Notes: generated by a model not told the origin, from the letters alone. Shown: positions 36,329 to 44,832, counted from the stretch's first letter. The stretch: DNA of 64,000 nt from an uncultured virus (IMG/VR IMGVR_UViG_3300032607_001050) (IMGVR_UViG_3300032607_001050), one strand, 5' to 3'. Made by a program: numbers and translations.

Positions 36329-36760
36329 ATGACAGCAGCTGTAGCAACCAAACCGGCCAAGGTCGCCAAGATCAAGCCCGCCCCCGTACTGACGCTGGGC
36401 GCCACCATCGACGCGATGTGGCAGCTGCGCGAAGACAAGCGCGCTGCCGAGGCCGTCACCAAACAAATCGAGCTCAAGATCAAAGAACTGGAGACGACGA
36501 TGTTCAGCCTGCTCGATGCCCAGGACACCAACAAGGCCGAGGGCCGCAAGGCGTCAGTGTCGATCAGCGAGACCGTCGTCGGCAACGTCGAGGACTGGGA
36601 AGCCTTTTGGCCTTACATCGCCAAAAACAAGTACTGGCACCTGGTCCAGAAGCGCGTGTCCGACCCCGGTCTGCGCGAGCTCTGGGAGCTCAAGAAAGTC
36701 ACCCCCGGCGTTTCGCCGTTCACCAAGCGCACTTTGAATCTGCGTTCACTCTCAGTCTAA
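36329..36760 (+). CDS. Conserved replication-module protein
   Basis: Coiled coil followed by VEDWEAFW.YI...LVQKRVS. Confidence 0.75.
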   Translation: MTAAVATKPAKVAKIKPAPVLTLGATIDAMWQLREDKRAAEAVTKQIELKIKELETTMFSLLDAQDTNKAEGRKASVSISETVVGNVEDWEAFWPYIAKNKYWHLVQKRVSDPGLRELWELKKVTPGVSPFTKRTLNLRSLSV

Positions 36761-36778
36761 CCTCTTAGAAAGACAACC

Positions 36779-37567
36779 ATGGCAACCAAAGCAAAAGTCA
36801 CCCCCATCAGCGACGCACCGAGCGCTGGCAAACCTAAAGCAGCTGGCACCGCCGTCGCTGTCAAAGGCGGCACCAACGTCGTGTCCATCCAAGAGATGCT
36901 GCGCGCGCAAGCCGCTGCGATGTCTGAGCGCACGGCACCCGCTGGCGGCAACGCTATCCGCGTCACGCAAGACAAGCAGTTCATGCTGCCCGACGGCACC
37001 AAGACGCCGGGCCCGCTCGAGCTCGTGATTATCGACTTCACGTCGAAGAATTCGTTCTACGAAGGCGCTTTCGATCCGAAGGCCATCGCGCCTCCTGCGT
37101 GTTTTGCCATCGGCACCAACCCGCTCAAGATGGTGCCCAGCGACAACGCACCGCTGGCGCAAGCTACTGAATGCGCCTCCTGCCCGAACAACCAGTTCGG
37201 CTCGGCCGGCACTGGCAAGGCCTGCAAAAACAGCCGCGTGCTCGCTGTGCTGCCGCCTGACGCTGACGAGAACACACCGATGTGGATCCTGGCGACCAGC
37301 CCGACGGCCAACAAAGGCTTCGACGGCTTCGTCACCAGCGTCGCCCGCGTGTTCCAGACCCCGCCCGTCGGCGTCGTCGCTACCGTCAGCTTCGACCCCA
37401 ACGAGACCTACGCCAAGCTGGTCTTCAGCGATCCGCAGCCCAACGCCAACGTGGCCGTCCACTTCGCCCGTCAGGACGAAGCGCGCGCCATGGTGGCTGC
37501 CGAGCCTGACGTGTCCAGCTTTGTCAAAGCTCCACCGGCCCGCGGCAAAGTCGCTGCCCGCCGCTAA
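36779..37567 (+). CDS. Putative ssDNA-binding/annealing protein
   Basis: PACFA...C..CP.NQFGS...GKACKN motif typical of phage SSB-like proteins in PolA modules. Confidence 0.6.
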   Translation: MATKAKVTPISDAPSAGKPKAAGTAVAVKGGTNVVSIQEMLRAQAAAMSERTAPAGGNAIRVTQDKQFMLPDGTKTPGPLELVIIDFTSKNSFYEGAFDPKAIAPPACFAIGTNPLKMVPSDNAPLAQATECASCPNNQFGSAGTGKACKNSRVLAVLPPDADENTPMWILATSPTANKGFDGFVTSVARVFQTPPVGVVATVSFDPNETYAKLVFSDPQPNANVAVHFARQDEARAMVAAEPDVSSFVKAPPARGKVAARR

Positions 37568-37574
37568 CAGTTAC

Positions 37575-37665
37575 GGGATGCCTGCGACGCAGCAGTGAGT
37601 GTGCGTCTGTTGTGAGATTCGGGTCGCTCACACAACAGCCCGGTATCGCCCGGGCGCATCCCACC
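37575..37665 (+). ncRNA. Cloverleaf-like structured RNA candidate
   Basis: 7-bp closing stem GGGATGC/GCATCCC followed by ACC; three internal hairpins. Confidence 0.5.
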
Positions 37666-37679
37666 TTTTGAAAGCCTTC

Positions 37680-37913
37680 ATGTCCGTATCCGTCCGTAAA
37701 TGGTATGTCGACCAAGCGCTGCTTTCGTTCATACGACTGCACGAGGTGCTTAGCGATTTGACTGAAGCAGAAGTTCTGGCCTGCCTCGATCTTGAGGCAG
37801 CCACGCAACGCCGCCGGTCCGTTATCGACCGTCTGATTTCTCGGGCAGTTCGCCTAAAAGAGATCGAAATTAACCGTCAGCTCAAGGAAAAATATCATGG
37901 CTCGTCCAGCTAG
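37680..37913 (+). CDS. Hypothetical protein
   Basis: ATG 37680; LDLEA...RR..VI.RL. Confidence 0.65.
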   Translation: MSVSVRKWYVDQALLSFIRLHEVLSDLTEAEVLACLDLEAATQRRRSVIDRLISRAVRLKEIEINRQLKEKYHGSSS

Positions 37914-38337
37914 CAAAATCATGTCCATCGCGGACAAAAAAGTCGCCCAGGCCGGTCTCAAGACCGCGTTGAAAGCACACAACGAGTCGGTCAAGCTGAT
38001 CGGCGTGGACCTCAAGGCCGCCACAACTGCACTGGCCAATGCCAAGAAAGCCGTTGACGCTCAGGTCAAAGCTGCACAGAAGGCTTTCGAGGCCGTCACC
38101 AAAGCTGCAGACAAGACCGTGAAAGACGCGCAGAAAGCGTTCGACGCCGCAGCGGCCAAAGCCGCCAAGGCCGACGCAGCTGCTGCCAAGGGCACCGAGA
38201 AGCTGACCGGCCAGATCGCTGCGCTGGAAGCTGTCGAGGCTGTCAAGGTCGTGCCAGTCAAAGCTGTCGCTCTGGCTCAAGCGCCTGCTGCACCCCGCGC
38301 AGCCAAAGCACCAGCTCAAGAAGCTGCACTGGTCTGA
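37897..38337 (+). CDS. Ala/Lys-rich histone H1-like or coiled-coil protein
   Basis: Composition; AAGGA RBS; followed by a hairpin. Confidence 0.7.
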   Translation: MARPASKIMSIADKKVAQAGLKTALKAHNESVKLIGVDLKAATTALANAKKAVDAQVKAAQKAFEAVTKAADKTVKDAQKAFDAAAAKAAKADAAAAKGTEKLTGQIAALEAVEAVKVVPVKAVALAQAPAAPRAAKAPAQEAALV

Positions 38338-38344
38338 CTCAGTC

Positions 38345-38364
38345 CCTCCGCCTGCGGGCGGAGG
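38345..38364 (+). terminator. Hairpin (possible terminator/processing site)
   Basis: CCTCCGCC-TGCG-GGCGGAGG; weak T-tail. Confidence 0.45.
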
Positions 38365-38395
38365 GCACCTTACTCTTCAAAACATGCGGGATCAG

Positions 38396-38959
38396 ATGAA
38401 ACATATCATGGTGGACTTGGAAACTTTGGGCACGGTCGCTGACGCAGTGATCATGAGCATCGGCGCAGTTAAGTTCGATCTTGACTCAGATAACTACGAC
38501 GACAACGGCTTTTATGCCTCTGTATCAGTCGACTCCAATCTAATGATGAAGCGCCGCGTTCAGGAAGACACGCTGATGTGGTGGCTCAAGCAACCGGCCG
38601 AAGCGCAGCATGTCTTCCACGAGGGCAAGGACATCCTCGAAGAAGCGCTGGAAGAGTTCAGCGACTGGATCGGCACCGACGACTACTGCATGTGGAGCAA
38701 CGGCGCTGACTTTGACTTGCCTATGCTCGCTCACGCATTTACTCAGCACCAGAAAGAAGTTCCTTGGAAGTTCTGGAACAGTCGCTGCTTTCGCACCTAC
38801 AAGACGTTGCCGCAAGCTCGTCAAGTGTCGTACACGCCGACCGGTATCAAGCACAACGCCATGGCGGACGCCTTGAATCAAGTGCGGCACCTGCAGGCCA
38901 TTCAGCGCGTTGTCAGCGGCAAAGTAGCGATGGTCGTTAACAGCATGGTGAAATCATGA
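38396..38959 (+). CDS. DEDDh 3'-5' exonuclease (exonuclease VIII/DUF5051-like)
   Basis: MVDLETLG, WSNGADFD, HNAMADA. Confidence 0.88.
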   Translation: MKHIMVDLETLGTVADAVIMSIGAVKFDLDSDNYDDNGFYASVSVDSNLMMKRRVQEDTLMWWLKQPAEAQHVFHEGKDILEEALEEFSDWIGTDDYCMWSNGADFDLPMLAHAFTQHQKEVPWKFWNSRCFRTYKTLPQARQVSYTPTGIKHNAMADALNQVRHLQAIQRVVSGKVAMVVNSMVKS

Positions 38960-39261
38960 GCGCGCTTGATGTCCAAATCGGCGGCAGTCACTACAAAGAC
39001 ATGCCGATTCAGCCGATGGAGTTCAGCATGGCCAACAACATGGACGCCTGCCAGCACACCATCATCAAGTACGTTTCACGGTTTCGTGAAAAAGGCGGCA
39101 TCCAGGATTTGCAGAAAGCCAAGCACGTCATCGACATGCTGATCGAGTTTGAAGGCAAAGCTCAGGAAGCTGTCCGCAAGCTGATGATGGTGGCCAAAGA
39201 TGACAAGGTCGTGCCGATCGGCACGCTGAGCGACCGGAATCAGACCCGTGGCAACACCTGA
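38956..39261 (+). CDS. DUF3310-family protein
   Basis: QIGGSHY...IKYVSR..EKGGIQDLQKA. Confidence 0.85.
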   Translation: MSALDVQIGGSHYKDMPIQPMEFSMANNMDACQHTIIKYVSRFREKGGIQDLQKAKHVIDMLIEFEGKAQEAVRKLMMVAKDDKVVPIGTLSDRNQTRGNT

Positions 39262-39667
39262 AAACACCTTCATTGGCAGCGTGCATCGGCACTTGCCAAA
39301 GGAGTTGTACCGCATGAAGAACCACAACCAGTACAACGGCGGCATCGCCGATGTCTGGTATAGCGGAAAGTCTGACTTGTGGATCGAGTACAAGTTCATC
39401 AAGGTGCCCAAGCGAGACGACACCGTGATTGATCTGATTCACGGCTCAGCAAAGACCGGCCCTGACATCTCCGCCCTGCAGCAGGAGTGGCTTAAATGCC
39501 GCCATGCAGAAGGACGGTGTGTCGGAGTCATAGTCGGCTCGGAGAAAGGAGGCGTGTGGTATCCGGGGCTTGCCTGGAACCGCACGTTTACCGCATCGGA
39601 GTTTCGAGCTGCCACCCTCACGCGCCCTGACGTAGCTGCTACTATCTTTAAACATGTAAGCAACTGA
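39248..39667 (+). CDS. VRR-NUC / Holliday junction resolvase-like nuclease
   Basis: PE..F, GIAD, WIEYK, SALQQEWL. Confidence 0.75.
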   Translation: MATPENTFIGSVHRHLPKELYRMKNHNQYNGGIADVWYSGKSDLWIEYKFIKVPKRDDTVIDLIHGSAKTGPDISALQQEWLKCRHAEGRCVGVIVGSEKGGVWYPGLAWNRTFTASEFRAATLTRPDVAATIFKHVSN

Positions 39668-39724
39668 CAGGCGTACCTGTGTAAACTGACGTCGATCTAA
39701 AAACTAGGCATAGACTGGACAGAT

Positions 39725-40105
39725 ATGCGACAAAATGAAACCGGGCTATTTCCCGCCCTCGAAGCCGCCCTCAAGGCGGCTTCTGAGCCTCTGGACTGCC
39801 AGACTCTATTTGACATGTCCGAGATTCGGGCTCACGCCGCCTCGGCCAACCGCGTGTCAGACTACCTTGGCGGCCTGTGGCGCAAAGGCCAGGTTGTGCG
39901 GCTGCCAGCACCACGCACCGGCAACAACCGATCGCGTTGGGCCTACCAGTGGAAAGGCCATAAAGGCCCGGCTATGCACGGCGTCGAGTACACGCCGCGC
40001 ATCCTGGCTGACCGGCCAACGCTGCTGATCACAGAAGAGGGGCGCGACGTAACGATCGAGACGCCGCATTTGTTGATTACCATCCGGCAAAAACCGCGTA
40101 GCTAA
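39725..40105 (+). CDS. Winged-helix DNA-binding protein (candidate regulator)
   Basis: LEAALKAASEPL...VSDYLGGLWRKGQV.R...WAYQW wHTH pattern; own promoter and terminator. Confidence 0.6.
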   Translation: MRQNETGLFPALEAALKAASEPLDCQTLFDMSEIRAHAASANRVSDYLGGLWRKGQVVRLPAPRTGNNRSRWAYQWKGHKGPAMHGVEYTPRILADRPTLLITEEGRDVTIETPHLLITIRQKPRS

Positions 40106-40112
40106 AACACAC

Positions 40113-40139
40113 AGCCGGCTGCGGGCCGGTATTTTATTT
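40113..40139 (+). terminator. Probable terminator
   Basis: GCCGGCT-GCG-GGCCGGT followed by ATTTTATTT. Confidence 0.55.
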
Positions 40140-40158
40140 GATTTCAAATCTAAGCTCT

Positions 40159-40410
40159 ATGAACGATCTACTCTCAGAACAAGAGACTGCATTCGCAGCC
40201 CAACAGGGCTGGATGGTCAAGGACGTGTTCTCTAACCCTCAGAACCGTTGGGTCGTTCAGGTTTTGCCGCTGCACTTCTGCGAACAGTTCCCGCATGCCG
40301 AAGCGGCAGCACTTCACGTCATCAACCTGGCTCGCAGTGGCCATCAGGTAGCAGCCAAGGCACTCGCCTTGGTCATGGCAAGCCACACCGCCAAAGGAAA
40401 AAAGAAATGA
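40159..40410 (+). CDS. Hypothetical protein
   Basis: ATG 40159. Confidence 0.6.
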   Translation: MNDLLSEQETAFAAQQGWMVKDVFSNPQNRWVVQVLPLHFCEQFPHAEAAALHVINLARSGHQVAAKALALVMASHTAKGKKK

Positions 40411-40661
40411 TTATTGAATTTACCCGCCCCGGTCGCTTGAGTAACTACGACAGCACCGAGATGGCGGCCTGCATCGTAGACGCGTTGAGCGGCTGCGTCG
40501 AACGCGTCGACAACCTGGCTGCGGGCCAGAAGCCTGACATGTACAGCGTGTACTTGCACCTGAAAACCGGCGGCTGCGAATGCGTCGCTGACTTTGACAA
40601 CCGCGACGACGCCTTGGCCTTTGAATACTTTTTGTTGGACCTGGTGAAGGACAACCAATGA
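40407..40661 (+). CDS. Hypothetical protein
   Basis: YSVYLHL..GG.ECVADF. Confidence 0.65.
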   Translation: MIIEFTRPGRLSNYDSTEMAACIVDALSGCVERVDNLAAGQKPDMYSVYLHLKTGGCECVADFDNRDDALAFEYFLLDLVKDNQ

Positions 40662-40804
40662 CCGAATTCAACATCCGCCGCCGAAAAGCCGAAGACGGGC
40701 AGTCGCCTGATGAGATCGAAGACGCAATCAGGGAGATTGCCGAACAGCGCTTTGACGAGCGCCGCGACCGTGAAGCCGAAGATCTCTACAGGGAGAAATC
40801 ATGA
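40658..40804 (+). CDS. Small charged protein
   Basis: MTEFNIRRRKAEDGQSPDE...; AAGGA RBS, overlaps on both sides. Confidence 0.55.
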   Translation: MTEFNIRRRKAEDGQSPDEIEDAIREIAEQRFDERRDREAEDLYREKS

Positions 40805-41694
40805 CCACATTCAAACCCACCCTCGCTGTCGCGGCCGACTTTGCCAAGATCGTCTACCCGGTGTACGCCAGCCCAAAGCTCGACGGCATCCGCTGCTCGA
40901 TCGTGGGCGGCCAGGCACTGACGCGTACGCTGAAGGCAATTCCGAACAAGCACGTCTACAACGCGTTAAGCCGTAGCGCGCTCGAGGGTTTAGACGGTGA
41001 GCTGATTGTGGGGTCGCCCACGAGCAAGACGGTCTACACCGACACGGTGTCGGCGGTCATGCGGCACACGGGTGAGCCAGCGGCCACCTACTACGTGTTC
41101 GACATGCACGACGTGCCGGCAACTTTTCAAGGCCGCCATCGTCAGCTGGAACATCTCATGGCTATGTTCGATGACGAGGCTGGTCTCGACATCAAGCTGC
41201 TCAACCAGCGGCTGGTCCATGACGAAGCCGAGCTGCTGAATTACGAGGCTCACTGCGTCGAAGAAGGCTACGAGGGCATCATCTTGCGCAGCCCGAGCGC
41301 ACCTTACAAGTACGGCCGCAGCACCGTCAACGAAGGCTACCTGCTTAAGGTCAAGCGCTTTGAAGACAGTGAGGCCGAGATCATCGGTTTTGAAGAGGAG
41401 ATGTTCAATGGCAATGAAGCCCAAACCAACGAGCTTGGCCGCACCAAGCGCAGCACGGCATCCGCTGGACTTTCTGGCAAGAACACCTTGGGCGCGTTCC
41501 TCGTCCGGGACATCGTCTCTGGCGTCGAGTTCTCCGTCGGCACCGGCCTCACCGCCCTGCAGCGCGGCGTCTTCTGGCAGCGCCAGCAGGACTACCTCGG
41601 CAAGCTGATCAAGTACAAGTTCTTCCCGGTGGGCGTCAAAGACAAGCCCCGCCACCCCGTGTACCTGGGCTTCCGAAGCACCCTCGACCTCTAA
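40801..41694 (+). CDS. lig: ATP-dependent DNA ligase
   Basis: SPKLDGIR, LDGEL, VFD, EGIILR, LLKVK, OB-fold GTG, PRHPVY. Confidence 0.93.
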   Translation: MTTFKPTLAVAADFAKIVYPVYASPKLDGIRCSIVGGQALTRTLKAIPNKHVYNALSRSALEGLDGELIVGSPTSKTVYTDTVSAVMRHTGEPAATYYVFDMHDVPATFQGRHRQLEHLMAMFDDEAGLDIKLLNQRLVHDEAELLNYEAHCVEEGYEGIILRSPSAPYKYGRSTVNEGYLLKVKRFEDSEAEIIGFEEEMFNGNEAQTNELGRTKRSTASAGLSGKNTLGAFLVRDIVSGVEFSVGTGLTALQRGVFWQRQQDYLGKLIKYKFFPVGVKDKPRHPVYLGFRSTLDL

Positions 41695-41711
41695 GATCTT
41701 AGAAAGACGAC

Positions 41712-42032
41712 ATGACCGCACTGACCAACGAAATCGCCAAACGCCTCGGTGGCGTGCCGGCTGACCCGGACGGCATAAACGCCAAACGCAGCGGCTGGGC
41801 CGAAAACGCTATTGAACGCTTCGAGGGCGATACCGGCACCGACCGCGAAGACTCGGTCTCGGACCTGCTGGGCGACCTGATGCACTGGTGCGACCGCAAC
41901 GACACCGACTTCGACAACGAGCTGCGTCGCGCGCGGGCGCACTATGCAGCCGAGACCGACGAGGAAACGTCTGGGGTACTTGGGCGATATGCCCAAGCTG
42001 ATGAACAACTTTCGCAACTTCTTGGAGATTAA
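41712..42032 (+). CDS. Hypothetical protein
   Basis: DLLGDLMHWCD motif. Confidence 0.7.
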   Translation: MTALTNEIAKRLGGVPADPDGINAKRSGWAENAIERFEGDTGTDREDSVSDLLGDLMHWCDRNDTDFDNELRRARAHYAAETDEETSGVLGRYAQADEQLSQLLGD

Positions 42033-42034
42033 TC

Positions 42035-42247
42035 ATGCGGCTCTATAAAACCACCTTCCTCGACGATGCACGCCCCCAGGAACGCAGCGAGTGCGCCAGC
42101 TGGGACGGCACCCTGGCCGACGCGGCAAAGACTCGCAAGCTGCTGAAAGTCGAAAGCATGCGCAACATCGACACCGCTGAGGTCGAGGTTCCTACCGACA
42201 AGGCTGGCTTGCTGGCTTTTGTCAACACCTGGTGCGTGGTGCGATGA
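42035..42247 (+). CDS. Hypothetical protein
   Basis: GGAG RBS; VEVPTDKAGLLAF. Confidence 0.65.
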   Translation: MRLYKTTFLDDARPQERSECASWDGTLADAAKTRKLLKVESMRNIDTAEVEVPTDKAGLLAFVNTWCVVR

Positions 42248-42537
42248 GGCGGTCTACTGAAACCGCCGCTTTTGAGATGCTGGAGACCATCGAGGCGCAA
42301 GGGCCGGCAACGATTGCCCAGCTCCTGGTGCTGATGCCCGGCGTCACCCGAGGCACGGTGCACAGCTTTTGCAAGCGCGCCGCCGCCAAAGGTTTCATCA
42401 ATTACACCGGCCAGTCGCACGATAAAAGTTTCTCCGTAGTCCCAGACTGGAGAGCCTTACACGCGCAGCCCGTGGTCTACAAGCCGCGCGCGCAGCCCGT
42501 TGTTCACCATCTGCAAACTGTTTGGCGGTCCGTATGA
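42244..42537 (+). CDS. Winged-helix-like protein
   Basis: GPATIAQL....VTRGTVHSF...AAAKGFI. Confidence 0.55.
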   Translation: MRRSTETAAFEMLETIEAQGPATIAQLLVLMPGVTRGTVHSFCKRAAAKGFINYTGQSHDKSFSVVPDWRALHAQPVVYKPRAQPVVHHLQTVWRSV

Positions 42538-42740
42538 CACACAAGATCAACACCGACGCCGTTGCAGTCGACCAGAATTATTTTTGGCAGGCCATGTCCA
42601 CTTGTCCGCGCGCTGTCAAGGTGCAGCTGCTGAACATCGGCGGTGTAGCTATCTACGGCACGTACGACGGCAAAGACCCTGACTGGCAAGGATGGGCACC
42701 GCTGCCAAAACGGCCGCTGCAACTCGAGCTGGACCTCTGA
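42534..42740 (+). CDS. DUF551-like small protein
   Basis: WQAMSTCP...WAPLP. Confidence 0.6.
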   Translation: MTHKINTDAVAVDQNYFWQAMSTCPRAVKVQLLNIGGVAIYGTYDGKDPDWQGWAPLPKRPLQLELDL

Positions 42741-43000
42741 TGACTTTCATAAAAAAAACCCTGTCTGTGCCGGAAGCGAGTGACTTGATGAACGTCCATG
42801 CCAACACGGTGTTCAAAATGATCGACGCCGGAACTCTGCCAGCAGCCAAGATAGGCCGGGCCTATGTGTTGCTGTTGGACGACGTGATGAACTACATCGA
42901 GCAGATGGTCATCAAGCAGACCAGCGCGCGCATGATGGGCTCACCCATTCGCCCTAACGGCCGATCACCACATCTTCTGGGCAAGGTTAGAGCCGCGTAA
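42740..43000 (+). CDS. xis: Excisionase-like HTH protein
   Basis: LSVPEASDLMNVHANTV..MI..G.LPAAKIGR; adjacent to integrase. Confidence 0.8.
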   Translation: MTFIKKTLSVPEASDLMNVHANTVFKMIDAGTLPAAKIGRAYVLLLDDVMNYIEQMVIKQTSARMMGSPIRPNGRSPHLLGKVRAA

Positions 43001-44110
43001 ATTGGCGTACCTGAGCAGCACTTGGTGCGATTTGTGGCCGGTAATTTTCATGATCTCCGCGTCCGAAAAAGTCGTCCGTTCAAACAGGCGGCAGGTCGCC
43101 TCGTGGCGTAGATCATGAAAGTGCAAGCCCTTGCACTTTGCTGCTTGAAAGACGCCCGGGTCGCGTTTGTTGCAAAACAGTTTGGAGATTTCCGCACTGA
43201 GTACTTGCAAATACAAAGGCGTCATGGTGCCGTCCCACCAAGGAAACAGCGCGTTATCGTTGCCGCCTTTTGGCACAACACGTTGTTTCAAATACCCCGT
43301 AAGCACATCCACCGCCGGTGTGCTCAACGGGACCTGGCGCTTGTCGCCGTTTTTTGTCTTCTCTAAAAACACCGTGCGCTGCTTGAGCTTGACTTGATCG
43401 AGCGTCAGCGTGTACATCTCTTGTAGGCGCATCGCCGATTCAACCGCCAAAATCACCAGCACACGCGTGGCAGCCACATGCGGCAGCTTAAAAGGCCGCT
43501 GCTTTCTCGGCAACACGCCGCCGTCGATGACTGCCATGATTTTCTCAAACTCACCTTCTTCCAGGCGCCTGTCGCGCGAGACGTCTTCACGCGCGACGCC
43601 CGCCAAAGCGACGTCCTTGGAGCTGTACTGCGAGTAGCTGTCAGGCAATGACCTAAATGGGTTGTCAGGCATGACGAGCAATTCACGCCTGACACCCCAG
43701 TCAGTGCAGCGAGCAACAGCTCCGACTTTTGCGCGGATGGTGGCCGGTGCAAGCTTGTCGACGCGCTTCATCTCGTCGATCCACGCGTCTACCCAGGCGC
43801 AATTAAACGCTGTCAGGGGCGTCTTGCCCCAGCGCCCCAGCAGCGTGCCGACGGCCGCTTTGTCTTTTGGTGACGGGTGCGCGTTGCCCTCATATTCGCG
43901 CACCAGCCCTGCAAGGGTCATGACTCTGGTCTGAACCTGATAGTCAGGCGGGATGATGCCTTTGTCGAGCAGCGCTTCTAAACGACGGCAGTGGTCGATG
44001 CCTTCCTGCTCTTTGTCAAACGTCAGGTAAAGCGGTTTGGGCAGCAGCCCTGCACGCTTGACCGTGAACTGCCAGTTGCCCGTACTCTCGATGAATTTTT
44101 TGAATGCCAT
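42965..44110 (-). CDS. int: Tyrosine integrase
   Basis: AMRLQE, FHDLRHEA, TGHK....LRY catalytic residues; start taken at ATG 44110. Confidence 0.93.
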   Translation of the reverse strand: MAFKKFIESTGNWQFTVKRAGLLPKPLYLTFDKEQEGIDHCRRLEALLDKGIIPPDYQVQTRVMTLAGLVREYEGNAHPSPKDKAAVGTLLGRWGKTPLTAFNCAWVDAWIDEMKRVDKLAPATIRAKVGAVARCTDWGVRRELLVMPDNPFRSLPDSYSQYSSKDVALAGVAREDVSRDRRLEEGEFEKIMAVIDGGVLPRKQRPFKLPHVAATRVLVILAVESAMRLQEMYTLTLDQVKLKQRTVFLEKTKNGDKRQVPLSTPAVDVLTGYLKQRVVPKGGNDNALFPWWDGTMTPLYLQVLSAEISKLFCNKRDPGVFQAAKCKGLHFHDLRHEATCRLFERTTFSDAEIMKITGHKSHQVLLRYANLRGSNLAQKMW

Positions 44111-44250
44111 AGGCGGCAGATCATAGCCACAAAAACGCCTCCAACTAGGCGTTGCTCGGGTTGGTATGCGTGTTTTTTCGGGTGGTATACGGTGACTTAG
44201 AGTGATCTGGGGATGGCCCCGCGGACGAAAAAAAACCACCTAGATTTCTC

Positions 44251-44263
44251 TAAATGGTTGATT
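44251..44263 (-). promoter_or_regulatory. IHF site (attP left arm)
   Basis: AATCAACCATTTA on the - strand matches WATCAANNNNTTR. Confidence 0.7.
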
Positions 44264-44288
44264 TCATTGAACTTTTAAGGCTAGTGGG

Positions 44289-44335
44289 TGGTGGGTGCTG
44301 ACGGACTCGAACCGCCGACCTACGCCGTGTAAAGG
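44289..44335 (-). other. attP: attP core: 3' half of tRNA-Val(TAC)
   Basis: - strand CCTTTACACGGCGTAGGTCGGCGGTTCGAGTCCGTCAGCACCCACCA: anticodon loop, T-arm, 3' acceptor strand and CCA; no 5' half. Confidence 0.9.
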
Positions 44336-44352
44336 GGACGAGCCCTTATATA

Positions 44353-44365
44353 AATCAACAACTTA
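44353..44365 (+). promoter_or_regulatory. IHF site (attP right arm)
   Basis: AATCAACAACTTA matches consensus. Confidence 0.7.
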
Positions 44366-44372
44366 TAAAACC

Positions 44373-44392
44373 TACCAACTTCTTTACCAACT
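44373..44392 (+). repeat. Putative integrase arm-type repeats
   Basis: TACCAACT x2; related CCTCCAACT at 44138 and inverted GGGTTGGTA at 44158. Confidence 0.55.
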
Positions 44393-44502
44393 GATGATAG
44401 GTTGCCGGGAATTCTACCTCCCGGGCTGCACACAAGAACTGTCACATTTCTGTCTTAAGCTGCGTGACGAATTGAGAGAACAGTTTACCGAAAGAAGAAG
44501 CT

Positions 44503-44742
44503 ATGGCAGAAGACGCAAGGTTTGACGCAGAGTTTGAAACGCTGTCCCCGCTTCCTCAAGCAGAGTTCTTGTATGCAATCGACCGCAACCTGCAGATCGA
44601 GTGCATCCTTGATGAAAACGCACTGCTGGTAGCGTTGTCGCCGATCACCGGCGAGGGGCACTTCGCAAAGCTGGAGTTCACGAAAGGCTTTGCGACAGAA
44701 CTTCGAGACTTTCTGAACAAACACATGCAAGACGACGAATGA
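44503..44742 (+). CDS. Hypothetical acidic protein
   Basis: ORF track. Confidence 0.6.
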   Translation: MAEDARFDAEFETLSPLPQAEFLYAIDRNLQIECILDENALLVALSPITGEGHFAKLEFTKGFATELRDFLNKHMQDDE

Positions 44743-44832
44743 CCCGTCGTTGGCAACGCTCAGCCAACTCGCCGTCTTTTTCTTATGTCGGCGCCAGGCT
44801 GTGCAAAAATTAAACCAAGGAGCTACGTGACT

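Noticed and set aside
37575..37665. Canonical tRNA
   Set aside because: Lacks TTCRA T-loop, D-loop GG, standard anticodon arm and encoded CCA; kept only as a tRNA-like candidate
42965..44239. Protelomerase or extended integrase N-terminus from the ORF track start (44239)
   Set aside because: Size and motifs fit an ordinary tyrosine integrase; the extension runs through attP arm sites, so ATG 44110 is preferred
44289..44340. Functional phage tRNA-Val gene
   Set aside because: Only the 3' half is present; no D-arm or 5' acceptor strand. It is the att core
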